Below, one piece after another: positions 47,527-61,378 of a stretch of DNA of 64,000 nucleotides (positions are counted from its first letter, which is position 1; the number at the start of each line of letters is the position of its first letter). The position numbers and the translations under genes are program-made. A model generated the notes under the pieces. That model searched no databases, was not told where the DNA came from, and saw nothing but the letters and a program-made list of their open reading frames with translations. This DNA is from Camelus dromedarius (taxonomy: Eukaryota). Location: the NCBI RefSeq assembly GCF_036321535.1, contig NC_087450.1, positions 47,616,001-47,680,000 of the forward strand, in the 5' to 3' direction.

Positions 47527-50500
47527 CTTGTAACTTTTTGTAAAACATGTCAGTGTTTTCTCTTGAAATTTCCCCTCCTATATTACAGGAGAAAAAAATA
47601 ATAAAATAGCAGTTGAACCATAGCAAGAATTGTTGGTTGGAAGGTGGTCCTAGAGGCTGAGCTTCTTAAGGGCAGGGGGAACCTTTTGATATTCTTAGTG
47701 TCTCCAGTGTCCAGTCCATTGCTTAGCCATCAGAGGAACTTGTTAGAATATTATTATTTATAAATGTCTATTAATAATAAAATCTCTGTAACAACTCAGT
47801 AAAGGTAAGTATCTCCATTTTGCAGACAAGGAAACCAAAGTTTATCATGTTGGATAAATGAATAAAATGTTTACATAAAAGTTGCTTTTCAACATCAACT
47901 TGTTATTAGCCACGTGAGTACATTTGAATAGTACTTGCTTTACAGTTAACAAAACACGTTTGTCAGTATGGGTACCCTTGTCGTTAGAGGTGTATTTTAG
48001 AAATGGTCATTCAGATGATACCACTGTTAGAAATGTGAGAGCTAGCTGCTTGGGGGGTGGTATTGGTTGCTGCATGTCTAAGATGTATTTATGTAGTCTT
48101 TCCCTTTAATTAATAAATGTCTGTGTATATTTTGGACCTTAGCTTATAGTATATCTTTGCTATAAATAAATTACTTAATGCTTATTCTTATAATCACAAA
48201 CTCCCATGGCATGGAAATAGTGTGGTTATTACCATGTTTGTCATAGCTCGGCAGCTTGGAGGAGATAGCTGTAATTTTCTTTTTATGGTTTAGGCATGGG
48301 CCAAATGGAAAAACATGGACTAATTGTTTTGTATATAACTATAACCCAAAATCAATTTGAAAGGTACAAGCAGTGAATCATTTAAATGGACAAAGCCTAT
48401 TCTACTTTTAAATTTAGCTTTGAAATCTATCATTACTTCAAGAAAATGGGCTATTTTATACTTTTTGTACTGTCTTCACAAAGCCTACTATTGAAAATGA
48501 AGAAATAATTGTCTTATTTATTAATTATGTCTGAGTGCTTTTTGAAAGCACTGTAAAAAGAGCAGAAGGAGTCATTTCTAAGAAGAGCAGGCATATGACA
48601 AAGCCACAGCTGTAATTTTCTTGTGACTGCTTTTATGAGTTCCTTATTAGTTTTTGTAATGCACAGTGTACTTTTAGGTATTTAGAAATGTAAAAAGAAT
48701 TTTCTAAAAGACCTTTTTGTAAGGGAAAACAAATTAGACTTACTTATAGTGTGATTTGTCTTAAGTGGCAGACTGACTTGCCTCTAGTATAGTTGTTTCA
48801 AATTAATAACAAGGGGCAATTCCTTCTATTGGCAGTTACAGCTGACCCATCATTTGGATTAATAAATACATATCTTTTAGGTGAATTTCATGACCTAAAG
48901 TTAAGACTTTAAAAAATGCCCTCTAGTTGTTCAGAAATGTTGTAGCCTGTCCCAGTTAGGTTACAAGAACTTTAAAGCAGTGGACAAATACTGAGCCTTT
49001 CCTCTGTGCCACGTCTGTGGGTACTAATGCTAAGGACACAGTTACAACTGGTCCTCTGCACCAGGCATTAAAGGGTCAGTTTCCCAAACTGCTTTTAAGA
49101 GAACAGGGAATGATTGTGGCCGTGTGTATGTATGTGCATACACATGTGTGCCAGAACTGCTTTACATTCATCTAGGTTAAACTGCAAGTTTCTAAGAAGG
49201 GTTTTGTATGAACGGAGAATTCATTGACCAAAATTTGAAAACGAGTGACAGGACATATATCTCATAATCACTCTCTTACTTAACAACTTTCAGTGGCTCC
49301 CATAGGACAATGCCCAAAATCTTGTCATACTGCATAATAATTTTCTGCATTACCTTTTAAGAATGTCAGTAAAGCAGGGCCTGCAAAGCCTAGCATTATA
49401 GCCTCTTCAGGTGCTAGCTGGTAGGTATTTACTTTTTTCCCCCTCTTCTTAGTATCTCTTATTACCACCTTAGCTGTAAACTCTAGACGGAGATCTTTTC
49501 TATGACTCCATAATGAGCACCTGAAATGGTCCTTAGTGCTATTTTTAGTTATCCTATTGGTATCACAGCAGAAAACATGACTTGTCTTTTTTATTTTTTT
49601 TGTGACTGTCTTTTATACAGGCTGAGTTCTGAGAAATTATCAGACTTTTGTATCACTGAGGATAGCTAGGAACCAAGATACTCTGAACGAAACTCCCCAG
49701 AAAGGAATAAATATAAAAGCACCCTGTGGTCTTACCATAGAGGTGGGCACAGGGACTGATGATTAAAAGCACAGCAGCCCCTTTCTCATTTGACTTTCTC
49801 CGTCTTACAGCACTGCCTCTTCATTAACTCAGTTCTCAGCAGAGAAACAGCCAGGACTTCTTGGAGACAAAAGAGATAGATAAACTAGCCAAGATAATGG
49901 GGCCCCATATTGTATATATGACATCATGTGACATGCTATCAATGAGTCTATGAAGGAACCTAACAGTACCTATTACCAGTCCCTTCCTTCTTATTCTTGA
50001 AACAATTCCAAGTCATCACTGATAGAACAACCCTGACAATGGCCAAGAGCTTTTCTCACTTGTGCCAACTAAAAGAAAAATCTTAGCCACACTGCCGCAG
50101 GCTCCTCTGACATACACATAACCCATATCAATAAACGGGCTGATTTTAAAACCCGACTGAAAATTCCTGTGAGTTACAGTAAATGTAGATGAAAGTAAGC
50201 AGTATATGTAGAAACAAGTTCAGAATCATAGATTCTTCTCAGAAGTAATTCCACAATGTAAAGTTAGAGCAAATCTAGATGAAAGTAAGCACACATTTCT
50301 TTTCAGAAGTAACTTCCCAAAGTGAGTTAGTGTATGGCTCAAAACCTTCATTTGTTTAGATGCACAAAGTGTACTTTTCCAAGAGGGGAATTCATCCCTC
50401 TTACTCTTAAGTCCAAATTTCATGATCGATCACCATAAGTGCTCACATGCCACATTTGATTGCTAAGCTATGGGATTTGAACACAATATATTCCTTCAGT

Positions 50501-51197
50501 TAAATTCAGAATTGTGAGATGAGTGGCAAGTAATACCTACCTTATAGGGCTGCTTAGAGGGTTGGTGGTAATTTTATTTAAAAATTAGAAATAAATTAGA
50601 AGAAATCAAAAATAGAACAAGGCCCAGCATGTACAGTGGGTACATCAGAGCTACAGGTGTCCACTGTTTTTCTAAAGTTCCTTCACACCACTTCACTTTT
50701 AGGAAAGACCTTCATGAGTACCTGTTTTTGCTACACAGAAGAAATCTGGAGAGGATTTTTGCTTTTATGAAAAAAGGTGAAAAGTGAAAATACTGTTTAG
50801 AGCCTTTTATAGAGGCAGCATGAAGCCGGAGCAGTGAGACTGTCACCACCAACCTCCATCCCCTGGAACTACACTTAACACCTCAGCATTAACCGTCATA
50901 GCTTTAAACTGTGTTGTCTGTGAGCATCTGTGCTTTTATCTGAATTTACTTTGTGCATCCTAGCAAGATGTGTCCTAAAGTAATTGCTTCTTCACTTTAC
51001 ACCATTTCAGCTTATGAAAGGTTTCATAGGAACATTCTACTTTCTACTTTCGGAAAGCGGGAGAAACCTGTATTGTATTATCACTCTCCTGGCTACTCCT
51101 TTCCACTGTTTTTTTCCAAGGGCAACGGGTTTGTGTGGTCCTTAAAGCACTTCCTACCTTCAATAAGGAGGGACAGGAATTTGTCAAGCATAGAGCC

Positions 51198-51203
51198 TTT
51201 ATT
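51198..51203 (-). terminator. FKBP1B: Candidate FKBP1B polyadenylation signal
   Basis: tttatt on + (AATAAA on -), about 450 nt after the stop. Part of the UTR is an N-run. Confidence 0.55.
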
Positions 51204-51654
51204 TTACATATCATTTCCAAAGAGGACATTGTTTAAGTCAGCAGAATTTCCGAGAGAGNNNNNNNNNNNNNNNNNNNNNNNNNNNNNNNNNNNNNNNNNN
51301 NNNNNNNNNNNNNNNNNNNNNNNNNNNNNNNNNNNNNNNNNNNNNNNNNNNNNNNNNNNNNNNNNNNNNNNNNNNNNNNNNNNNNNNNNNNNNGATCAGA
51401 ATGGCTACTACATGCATCACGCAAAATGCACAACCTGAAACATTTCAATCTGCAACCAAAGTTTCCTCAAGCAAAGATGTGCGTGGACAATGATGGAACA
51501 CATACAGAGCCTTGGGCTGAGAGAATGGATAATGCTGTGGGGCAGTGAGGTTAGCACACTGATCAAGAGCCCCAAGCAGGAGGAGCCGTCCCAGTGGCAG
51601 AGCAGGCTAGGAGGGTGAGCAGCAGCCGTCTCCAGCCACCTTGAGTTCCTGCCT

Positions 51655-51783
51655 TCACTCTAAGTTGAGCAGCTCCACGTCAAAGATGAGGGTGGCATTG
51701 GGAGGGATGACACCAGGGTGGCCCGTGGNNNNNNNNNNNNNNNNNNNNNNNNNNNNNNNNNNNNNNNNNNNNNNNNNNNNNNN
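51655..51783 (-). CDS. FKBP1B: FKBP1B last coding exon (5' part hidden in N-run 51729-51860)
   Basis: Visible 51655-51728 reads TGHPGVIPPNATLIFDVELLNLE*. Exon start 51783 is inferred from a 108-aa protein (129 nt coding in this exon) and is not observed. Confidence 0.8.
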   Translation of the reverse strand, partial: XXXXXXXXXXXXXXXXXXXTGHPGVIPPNATLIFDVELLNLE

Positions 51784-52845
51784 NNNNNNNNNNNNNNNNN
51801 NNNNNNNNNNNNNNNNNNNNNNNNNNNNNNNNNNNNNNNNNNNNNNNNNNNNNNNNNNNNGGCATTTTCCCAAACCATCCTCATAATAACTCTGAAGATC
51901 TGAGATGCATTTTATATGTGGCACACTGAAATGATGCTAAAAGCTGTAACAAATGCAGATTCTGCCTTAGACTAGCAGAGACTTGACTGCGGGACAGTAA
52001 CTTCTACAAAGTTGTCTCAAATTCATTCATCCAGCAAATTTTGCTGGTTATTCAATTGGCGTATGGCCCAAAGACTTCTATTTGTTCATAATTGTTCCTC
52101 ACCTTCCAAAGAAGCCTAAGGACAGTGTATAAAGCACACGTACATGTATATACTCAAGTAGGTAACAAGAGCAGCTCATTAGAGAGGTTTAGAGATTATA
52201 GGCCACAGCGAGGACCATCATATGCCTTCATGGATCAAGGAAGAAGAGTTTGAACTAGGGCTTATCACAGCAGTCCTCAAGAACCCATCTGGCATTAGTG
52301 GGACAATTGGTGAAATTTGAACAATCCATTTAAAAATTTTGAATAACCAATTCAAAGATTTGAACTGATTGGTTAATAGTATTGTATCAATATTAATGTC
52401 CTGGTTTTGATCATTGTACTATGGTTGTGTAAAACATTCACATTTGGGGAAGCTGGAGAAAGAGTACATGGGAACACTACTATGTCTGCAATGTTTTTGC
52501 AAGTCTGAAGTTGTTGTTGCTGTTTTTTAAGTTTTAAAAAAGATACACTTTGGCCTACCCCACCCCAACTCTTCTGCTGCCTCAGTCCCGAACAGCTGGT
52601 AGCTCACAGGCTTGCTTAGAACTAGCTAGGGAGATGTGCTTGGGATGAGAGCCCCCAGTGACACAAAGGAATCATGCTGGTAATCAAAGGGGTGGGGACA
52701 CAAGGCCAGGACTGAAACTAAGTGGCATCACCATGCCCTAGCAGTAGAGTCAAAGTAGTAGTGGTCTGTGATAGGGTGAGGGTGGTGGGCCGAGTGCTGA
52801 GTCCAGGCCCTCAGCGCCTCAAATCCCCCTTAACAAGGATCCTCA

Positions 52846-53007
<162 letters not shown>

Positions 53008-53180
53008 TTAACTCCCAAAACAGGTTCAACATGTCAGAAATGGAACTCCCATTGTGCACAAACCTGCTCGTTTTCCCATCCTCCCCATCCATCCTATTGG
53101 CCAAATGAGAAAGCTGGATACTTTCACATACAGCCTATCACCAAGTCCTATATGTCTTTGGAGTTCAACTATTTTGTCCA

Positions 53181-53315
53181 TTTATTTTGGGGGGGGGGGG
53201 ATGTGGGGGAAGGTAATTAGGTTTATTTATTTTTAGAGGAGGTACTGGGGATTGAACCCAGGACCTTGTGCATGCTAAGCATGTGCTCTACTACTTGAGC
53301 TATACTCTCCCCTCC
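53181..53315 (-). mobile_element. tRNA-Ala-derived SINE (vic-1 type) with 15-nt TSD
   Basis: TSD ctattttgtccattt (53169) and ctattttctccattt (53315). Confidence 0.85.
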
Positions 53316-54399
53316 TATTTTCTCCATTTCTATTACCACCACCCTGAGGCCTCATCAAGCCATCATGTCTCACCTGTGTACAGGAACCACCTCTACCTGG
53401 TCTTTTTGCTCTGCTCTTACTCCTCCATTCCATTCTCCACACTGCACCCAGAATGTTTGGTTTTTTGGTTTTGTTTTTTTTTTAAACACATACCTGATCA
53501 TATTACTCCCTTGCTTAAAATGCTTCAGTAACTCCCCATGGCAGAATCCAAACACCTACCTTGTATCCAGGCACTTCAAGATCTGGCTACTGTCTGCCTG
53601 ATAAGCTTCTCTCTGCCCTCCCCTTTTTTTCCTTTCCCTGTCCTATTCAGGTCACACCTTTCTCAAATACTTCTGCAGGTTACAACTTTTCTCATACCAC
53701 TTCCTTTAGCCTGAAGGTCTGTTTTCCCAGGCATTTCAATCTCAGATTGAGTTTGAAACCTAGTTTTCCCAAGGTTTCCCCAACATGCAAAATGCAAAGG
53801 TCGTATGATCCTTTACTGCAGTGAACAGAATAAAGTGACCTAGCCAGTCAGTAGTGGCCTCCAGACCCCATTCAAAAGGGCTGTTTGAACCCAGATCACC
53901 CCGAGTTGTCTTCAGCAGTTGGGAACATCTCTCAGCCTCCAGCCACAGATACCTTGTCATTCCTGATGTACATGTGTTGTCTCAATCCCACTGCCAAAAC
54001 CCAAGAGCTGCTCTATTTCAATTCTAATTGGTGTCTCTAGCTTAAAGAGCAGACCTGTAAATGATGCTATTCACTTCTTATGGCCCATGCACCACAACAG
54101 AAGGAAATTTGGGACCAGAAAAAGGCCTGGTCTGTAAATTCAGAGACTAGATTCTGACTTCACTCTGGCACTAACTCATTGTGTGAAGTTAGGCAAATCA
54201 CGTCCCTTATAGCCTCAGATTTGCCACATTTAACATGAGAAGTCTGGGCCTGCTTAGCGTCTGAGCATCTGTGATTCCACTTCGTAATTCCTACAACTTA
54301 AATGTATACAAGAGACATTCTTATTTACCTACTTTTGGGGCAGAATAAATTGGGCTCTTGCCCTGAGTACTAAATCAGGCAAGGGAGAAAACCCTATGG

Positions 54400-54680
54400 C
54401 TACATGAAGATACACACAGATGGATACTTCTGTATCAAATATGGGAGATCAAATACAAACTCACGCATACACACAGGTTGCTAAGATATTCAGAGATGCG
54501 CATGCATGCTCACGTGCACTTATGCACACGCACTCAGAAAACCCCGATGGCCAAACAGATGCTACGAAAATATTTAGATACACAGATATACTAACATTCA
54601 CAGACACACACTTGTACAAATATACATATGGATATGCACACAAACACACTCACTCACACATTCACACAAACCATTTAAAG
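54400..54680. repeat. CA-rich low-complexity region
   Basis: Degenerate (CA)n/(CATA)n. Explains the spurious His/Thr-rich ORF 54420..54818. Confidence 0.7.
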
Positions 54681-54819
54681 ATTAGCTTTCTCATTCTCCA
54701 ATTTCTTCAGGTTTCAGATGACTTAATCTACTTCAGACTATATACAGTTATCTACTGCTGCAGGTTCAGCCAAAACCATGCAGTCCAGAAACACACCCAA
54801 AGATATATGGTGACCTGAT

Positions 54820-56070
54820 TTGCAAAGGTGCCACTGCAATGCAATGGATAAAGGATGATTTTTTTTTTCTTTAATGAATGTTGCTGTATCAGCTATATAT
54901 GCCTATGGGGAAAAAATGAACCTATCCCTCCTGTCTCACCTACACATAAAAAAAATCAATTCCAGATGAATCACAGACCTAAATATGAAAGATAAAATAA
55001 TAAAGCCTCTATAAAATACTAAACAGAATAATATCTTCCTGACCTAGGAATAGATAAAGATTTCTGAACTGAACACAAAAGTACTAACTATAAAAGAAAA
55101 GATTGATATGTAGGACTTCATTAAAATTAAGAATTTCTGTTCAAAAGATGCCAATAAGAGTAAAAAGGCAAGCCATAGCATGGGAGATGTTTGGAATAGG
55201 TGTAACCAATGAAAGACTCATATCCAGAATACATAATAAACTCCTACAAATCAGTAAGAAAAAGACAGACAACCTAATTTTTTTTTTAAGTGGACAAAAT
55301 TTGGGCATACTCAAGAGGCTAACCGGATGGCCAGTAAGCACATGAAAAGGTACTCAACTTCATTAATCATCAGGGCAGTGCAAATCAAAACCACAATGAG
55401 ATACCCTGAGCACCCACCAGAGTGGGCCAGAAACCTGACAATACCAAGTGTTGATGAGGCTGTAGGAGAACTGGCACTGTCGTACATTGCTGGTGGCAGT
55501 GGAAATTGGAAGGCTGAGAACAGAGAGAACCCTGTGCCCCAGCAATTCCACTCCTGGGTATAAAGCCAACCAAAATGTATACATATGTGCACCAAAAGAT
55601 ATCTACAAGACTGTTCAAAGCAACACTACTCCTAATAGCTAAAATCCAGCAGCAACCCAAATGTTCACCAACTGCAGAGAGGATAAACTATATACTCAAA
55701 CAATGACTTGTACAGGAATAAAAAAGAGCAGCAAACTACTCCGGATAAATCTCACAGGTATAAAAAGTGAAGTAAGTAATATAATGAGTGAAATAAGCCA
55801 AATCCAAAAGATTACATACTCTACGATTCCATTTATATGAAGTGCAAAAGTAGGCAAAACTAATGCATAGGGACAAAACATTAGAAGGCTGGTTCCCTTT
55901 AGGGAGGTGTAATGCCTAGGAGGAGGCATGAGGGAGACTCCTGGGGGTGCTGGAAATGTCTATGATGATCTAAAGGATGGTTATATAAGTGTGATCACTT
56001 TTGAAAAATTTCACTGAACTGCAAATCTTAGAGTTATGTTCTCTACTGTATTTACATTTAATTTAAAAGT
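54820..56070 (+). mobile_element. Old L1 ORF2 end/3'UTR in FKBP1B intron 2
   Basis: caatggataaaggatg … ttcattaaaattaagaatttctg … cagcaattccactcctgggtata … gattccatttatatgaag. Confidence 0.8.
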
Positions 56071-57356
56071 TTAGCAAAAAATCCCATACAGTCTCCTGTT
56101 GGGTTTGATAAGACAGTCCCTCCCCAGACCAGAGCCACTCATGGCTGATGTCAGTGTTTAATGCACATTGCCTTCTGTATTGTGAAAACTCTTTTCAAAA
56201 GGATGTTGTGGTTTCAGTAACTTGATAAGTACTGGTCTGTCTGCAACATGTAGAACAGATAAATCAATTACACAGGTCAGAGGCCCCAGAAGACTCATGG
56301 TAATTAGGCCACATCACCGGGAGATAAAACACAGCTCTAGCCCGCTGACGTCAGCGACTGGCAACACAGCTATTGAGAAATACCCACACCGTCTGCCTAG
56401 AATTAACCTGGCACTTCACCCTGGCCCAGAGAATTGCTAAAAATGGCCCCATCTGAATATGTCCTAGGAATTAAACTGGCCTTGCTTTCTGCTAAGTGGC
56501 TGTCACCAGGTTTGCCACATTGGGAAGCAAGTCACAAGGCAGAACACTCACCCACCTTGGAACAAACACCTGCTCATGATCTTCCTGCCAGCCGTCCTCA
56601 GGAATTTCATCTAGAATGTTCCTCAGCCCACCTGGCCTTCCAATCCAGATCACCCCAGGGGGCTGAGCAGAGATGTGGGGCCCCCCTCTGGCTCCCACAG
56701 CACCTTGAGGCAAGCACTGCCATCACCCATCCCTCACATGGCGTCAGAGCCTCTGGTTGACTTGTCTGCCTTTCTCCAACCCCCACAGCCCCAGTGAAGG
56801 TAGGGATTCTTGTGTGTGTGTGTGCGCGCGCAGCATGTGTCCAGTGCCTAGAACAGAATCTTGCACACAATAGGTGCTCAATAGCAATAGGCTGAATTGA
56901 ATAGTCTATTTCTGAAAAAAGAAAGGAAATTCTAAGGAAGCCAAATTCCTCTTCTAGAATAAATACTGTTGGATGAAAAGGGAGTCTATAGGGAGGGTCA
57001 GGGCTCTCAGAGCTGTAAGAGGAATTTCCAAGTACTAGACAGAACCAGGAGGGCCAGGGCTCCACCCCGCCTGCAACAGACAAAAGGGGAGTGGAGGTGG
57101 CTGGCTCAGTTAGAGGCTAGCACCATGATGGCTCTTGCTGGTGTAAGTGGGAAGGGGTTAACCTTGTAAGCCCCCTTTCTCATCCCCTCAAGGCTGACTG
57201 GGAGGAATGGGAGGGACAGCTGGTCAGAAGGAGACTTGTCTGCCTTAGGCCTTGGGCCTGATCCAGCAGGGAAGATACCACTGGAGAGGAGTGTCAGAGG
57301 AGAGACCTGCCTGGGGAGGAGCAGGTCTGGATGAGGGCTAAGGGAGCGAGGCCTAC

Positions 57357-57404
57357 CTGTGTAGTGCACCACACACGTCTGGCCCTTCTTGGGGAATGTC
57401 CTTC
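57357..57404 (-). CDS. FKBP1B: FKBP1B coding exon 2 (GRTFPKKGQTCVVHYT-G)
   Basis: ccttgcag|GA ... ACA G|gtagg, 48 nt. Confidence 0.95.
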
Positions 57405-57779
57405 CTGCAAGGAGACATTAGGGCAGATGAATGAACAGCATACAGGAAAAAGTCGCCTGGGACATTTCAGGTGTGATGTGACCAAGACCTATGACCCAAA
57501 TTCCTCTCCATACCATGGAGATGCCCATGGCTCCAGGTCTGGCTCTTGCTTTGTATGAACCAGATTAGTCACTTCACCTCTCAGTCCTTGATTTGAATTT
57601 TATTCCCTTGGGTTCCTCAACTCCACTCTCTGCTGGTTCTTTTCATTTCTTTGATTGCTCTTTTTACTTCCCTTCATCAATTCCATGAGCATTTCTGACA
57701 GCCTGCTCTCTGCCAGGCCTGGACTAGATTCCAGAGACACAGAGCAATATATGAACTCATGAAGTTAGGGACACAGACA

Positions 57780-59090
57780 CATAAATAATAGACTATAATG
57801 CAGGGTGATGACTGCGCTCAAGAATGAATAAATACAATCATTCACAAATGTTTACTGCATAACTACTACATGCAAGACCTGGGCCTGATCTCAGGATACA
57901 CCAGTAAATCATACAGACAAGATCCCTACTCTTTTGGAGTTTACATTCTAATGGAGGGAAACAAACAATACTCAAATAAACGAGACAACATAGATAGTGA
58001 TAAGTTCTCTAAAGAAAATAAACAGAATGATGAATTAGGCAGAGATTTAGTGGGATAGGCCATTTTAGAATGGGTGGTCCGGGGCAGCCTCTCAGAGAAG
58101 ATGACATTTGAGCTGAGATTTGAATGATGAGCAATGTGCTGGGAAAAGCACTGCAGGAAGAGGGAGCAGCAAGTGCACAAACCACGAGGCAGGAATGGAT
58201 CAGTGCATTTGCAAAACAGAAAGGAGCCTAGAAGACTGGAAAGATGGAAGAAGGTGGAGACAAGTGGGAAAGAGCCAGATCATACAAGGCCTTGCAGAGC
58301 TGGGTTTAATTCTAAGTGGAACAGGAAGCCACTAGAGGGTTTTAAGCAAGACAATGACATAATCTGAATTAAGATTTTATAAGATCACTCTGGCTGCTAT
58401 ATGTAGGATGGACAGTTAGGCGCCTGTTGCAATAACCCAGACAGAAAATCAATGATGGCTTGAATTAACGTGGTTGGCAGCAGAGAAGAGAGTAAAATAG
58501 ATGGGAGATATATTTTGGCATCAGAGCTGACAAGGCATGCTAATGGCTTGGAGATGGGATCCAGGATAGGGTGAAGGAGAAAACAAGCACGATGCTTGGG
58601 TTTTACATCTGGGCGACAAGAAGGATGGAGGAGCTAATTCCTGAGATGGGGAGGACTGAGGAGGAACAGATTTGTGTGGGTGGCAATCTTAAGATGCCTA
58701 TTAGACATCTGAGTTTATATTGCAAATAGGCAGAGGGAAAGTCTGCACTGGAGGTATAAATTTGGGTGGGATTTAAAGCCATGGGGCTGGATAAAAAAAG
58801 CCTTGGGAGGGCTAACAGCTGAGCCAATATTTAGATGGGGGCCCAGAGGAGGGAGCAACTGACAGAGTGTCAGGTAAAGTATCTGAGAGGAGACAATGGT
58901 TAAACTGAGTCTTAAAAGATGAGTAGTTTGCCAGAGGAAGTAAAGGAGATAATCTGGGAAGAGTGAGCCACATGTTCAAAGGCCTCAAGTTGAGCAGTAG
59001 TGGGAGCCCATCTGGTTCCCTGCTGTAACCCCAGGGCCTAGCACACAGTATATGTTCAATAAATATTTGCTGAATGACTGGTGTATTTAA
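57780..59090 (-). mobile_element. L2 LINE remnants in FKBP1B intron 1 (further L2 at about 60060-60420)
   Basis: tcattcacaaatgtttactg reverse tail and typical L2 body (gacatttgagctgaga, gatcactctggctgc). A + strand tail lies at about 59030-59085. Confidence 0.7.
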
Positions 59091-60479
59091 CAACTTGCAG
59101 ACAGCTCAATAAAACCAGAGGAAAAGTTGGTGGTGGGGGTAGGGACTGGTAGAGATCAGGCTCTAGTGTGAAAGGTAACAGGAGGCTATATCACTGTCTG
59201 CCTAGAGAAAGAGATGGAAGATTCATTAAAACATTTTATGCCTAGCGAGGGGCATGGTCAAATATGCACTTTAAAGAATCCTCAGACTGTTATGGGGAAA
59301 ACAGTGGGGGTGAGGTGGGAGGCCAGATGCAAGGCCAGGGGCTGAGACTGGAGGTGAGGAGACCAGTTTAGAGACTGCAGAAATCCCAGTGAGAGATGAC
59401 GATGGCCTGAACTAGAGCAGGGACTGAGGAGATGGAGCCTTAGAGATACTCAGCAAGAGAACTTGGCAGGATTTGGTGTGGGTCCAGTCAAGACAGTCAT
59501 CCTGAATACAACAGCATAGTTGTTGAAATATTAATTGGTACATCCCCCTTCTGGGATACAGCACGGTAGCTGGCCCTTTTGTGCTTCCTTGACTCAGAGG
59601 TTTAGACTGACCTAAAAATAGAAGGCCAAAGCTCCTTCAGGCTTTCCCTAAATATCTGATCCCCTTCAAGAGAAAATGCCCCTTGTCCTTAGAAAAGATG
59701 AAGAAACTCTAAAGGCTTCTGTGAACCAGAGAAGGGAGAAGAGGCCTCCAGGCCTCCGGCAGAACTCTATGGCAGTGCCCTGGGGTGGGTGACAAGGCCT
59801 CAGGGAGATGTTTCCTGGGACCCAGAACCATGGTTCCCAGCATGGAAAAAGAAGCCTATACCTCCTGGGTGATCCAAGGCTGTGGCTGGGGCTTCTAGAG
59901 ACCAGTGCTTTTCTTTAAGGAGGGTGGCCTGGAACCAAAAATCCCCCCAATTTCCTGTGGGGGGTGTCAATAATGTCTGACATGCAGTTTGCCTGTCAAA
60001 TTCTGCAGAAATGGGGGCTCCAGTCTGAATTACTGTTGATTCAAGAAATAAAGAAATAGCTACTCCTTGCACATCCAGATTCAGTTACACAAGGGTAACG
60101 CCTGTAATATCTGGCTTGGGAAAGTTAGTGGTGCCAATCCTGAGGCAGGAAACAGGGAACACAGAGGAGCGCTTGAGAGTGGGGAAGCAGAGGAGCATGA
60201 GTTCTGTTTTGGACTTGCTGACTTTGAGGGATCCGTGGGATGTCCAGGTAGAGGTTGAGCAGAAGCTGGATAAATGGACCACCGTGAACTCAGATTGGAG
60301 GTCTGGGCTGGAGGCTTAAGTTTGGAGGCCATCGGTTTGAAGCCCATAATGAAAGTCATGGGAGTGGACAGGATGGCCGGAGAAGCTGAGTGGGGCAGGA
60401 AGGATAAAGCAAGATGCGGAGGCAGGAGAGGGTGTTCTCCCTTTCCAGACTGGCTCTGTCCTTACAGCGTCTCACCGCC

Positions 60480-61320
60480 CAGATCGCAGAGGGCTGCCAG
60501 ACAAGAGGCCCGGCGGCAAGCGCGTTAGAAGGGGGCTGCCCCGAGCAGAAGAGACCCCAAAGCATGTCGTTTCCCCTGTTTCCAGAGCTCACCCAGCAGG
60601 GCAGGGAAGCGGAGCAGTAGCGGAAACCTGGGAAATCAGCAGTAGTAGGTAACCGAGTGGTTCCAGCCGCGGCAGTAGCAGCCAGAGGCCCCCGGGGCGG
60701 TGGCGGGCCGCAGACCCCAGCCTCCCGGCCGCCGCCTTCTTTCCTCTAGGTGAGCAGGAGAGGAAAGGGATGGCGAAGGATGTCTGCTAGATCCCCAACA
60801 ATCCCGTCTGGGCTTTTCTCCCGCCGCCCCCATCCTAGGCCCGCTCCCCCTTCGGCACCCTCCGCGCCACCTCGTTATCGGACCCCCGCCCGCCGGGCTC
60901 CGCCCCGAGACCCCTCCTCCTCCCCCAGCTCCGCCACCCGGTACCGTCTCCCGGAGAGATGGTCTCGATCTCCACGCCCATCGCGGTCCCACTGGCCCCG
61001 CCTCCGAGGGTCCCCGCTGTTGCCCTGACCCCGGCTCAGCTCCGGCCCTGGCCCGCTGGCGTTCCTGCTTGCCTCCCCGCCGCCACTGCAGAGTCGGAGG
61101 AGGTGCGGCTGGAGTCGGGACCTGCGCGGGGAGGGGCCACCGGGAAGGGGGCGGCGGGGCGGAGCGGCGCGGAAAGGTGGGGTCGACCGGGGCGGGGCCC
61201 GCGGGAAGGGACCCTGACGCGGCTGCTCTGGAGCTTGACCAGGCTAAAGATCATTAACCTACTGACTGGGAAGGAAGGTGAGGGAGGCATGCAGACAAGC
61301 GCATTTACCCGCGCACCCAC
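60480..61320. promoter_or_regulatory. FKBP1B: FKBP1B CpG island/promoter with GC boxes
   Basis: Very high GC and CpG around exon 1, with GGGCGG boxes at about 61150-61200. Confidence 0.8.
60945..60981 (-). CDS. FKBP1B: FKBP1B coding exon 1 (MGVEIETISPGD-G)
   Basis: accgcgATGG start inside a CpG island. GAC G|gtacc, 37 nt. Confidence 0.94.
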
Positions 61321-61322
61321 CC

Positions 61323-61378
61323 ACCCATCTGTCCATCCATCTATACATCCATCCATCCATCCATCCATCCATCCATCT
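61323..61378. repeat. (CCAT)n tetranucleotide repeat
   Basis: Visible ccatccat array with a few interruptions. Confidence 0.9.

Noticed and set aside
50181-50320. Repeated aaat(g/c)tagatgaaagtaagca and cagaagtaa segments
   Set aside because: Two copies only with inconsistent spacing; no array structure, consistent with an old local duplication.
60735-60756. + strand ttcctctag|gtgagc as a splice site of an antisense FKBP1B transcript
   Set aside because: Single isolated motif with no partner exon evident; such motifs are common in GC-rich DNA.
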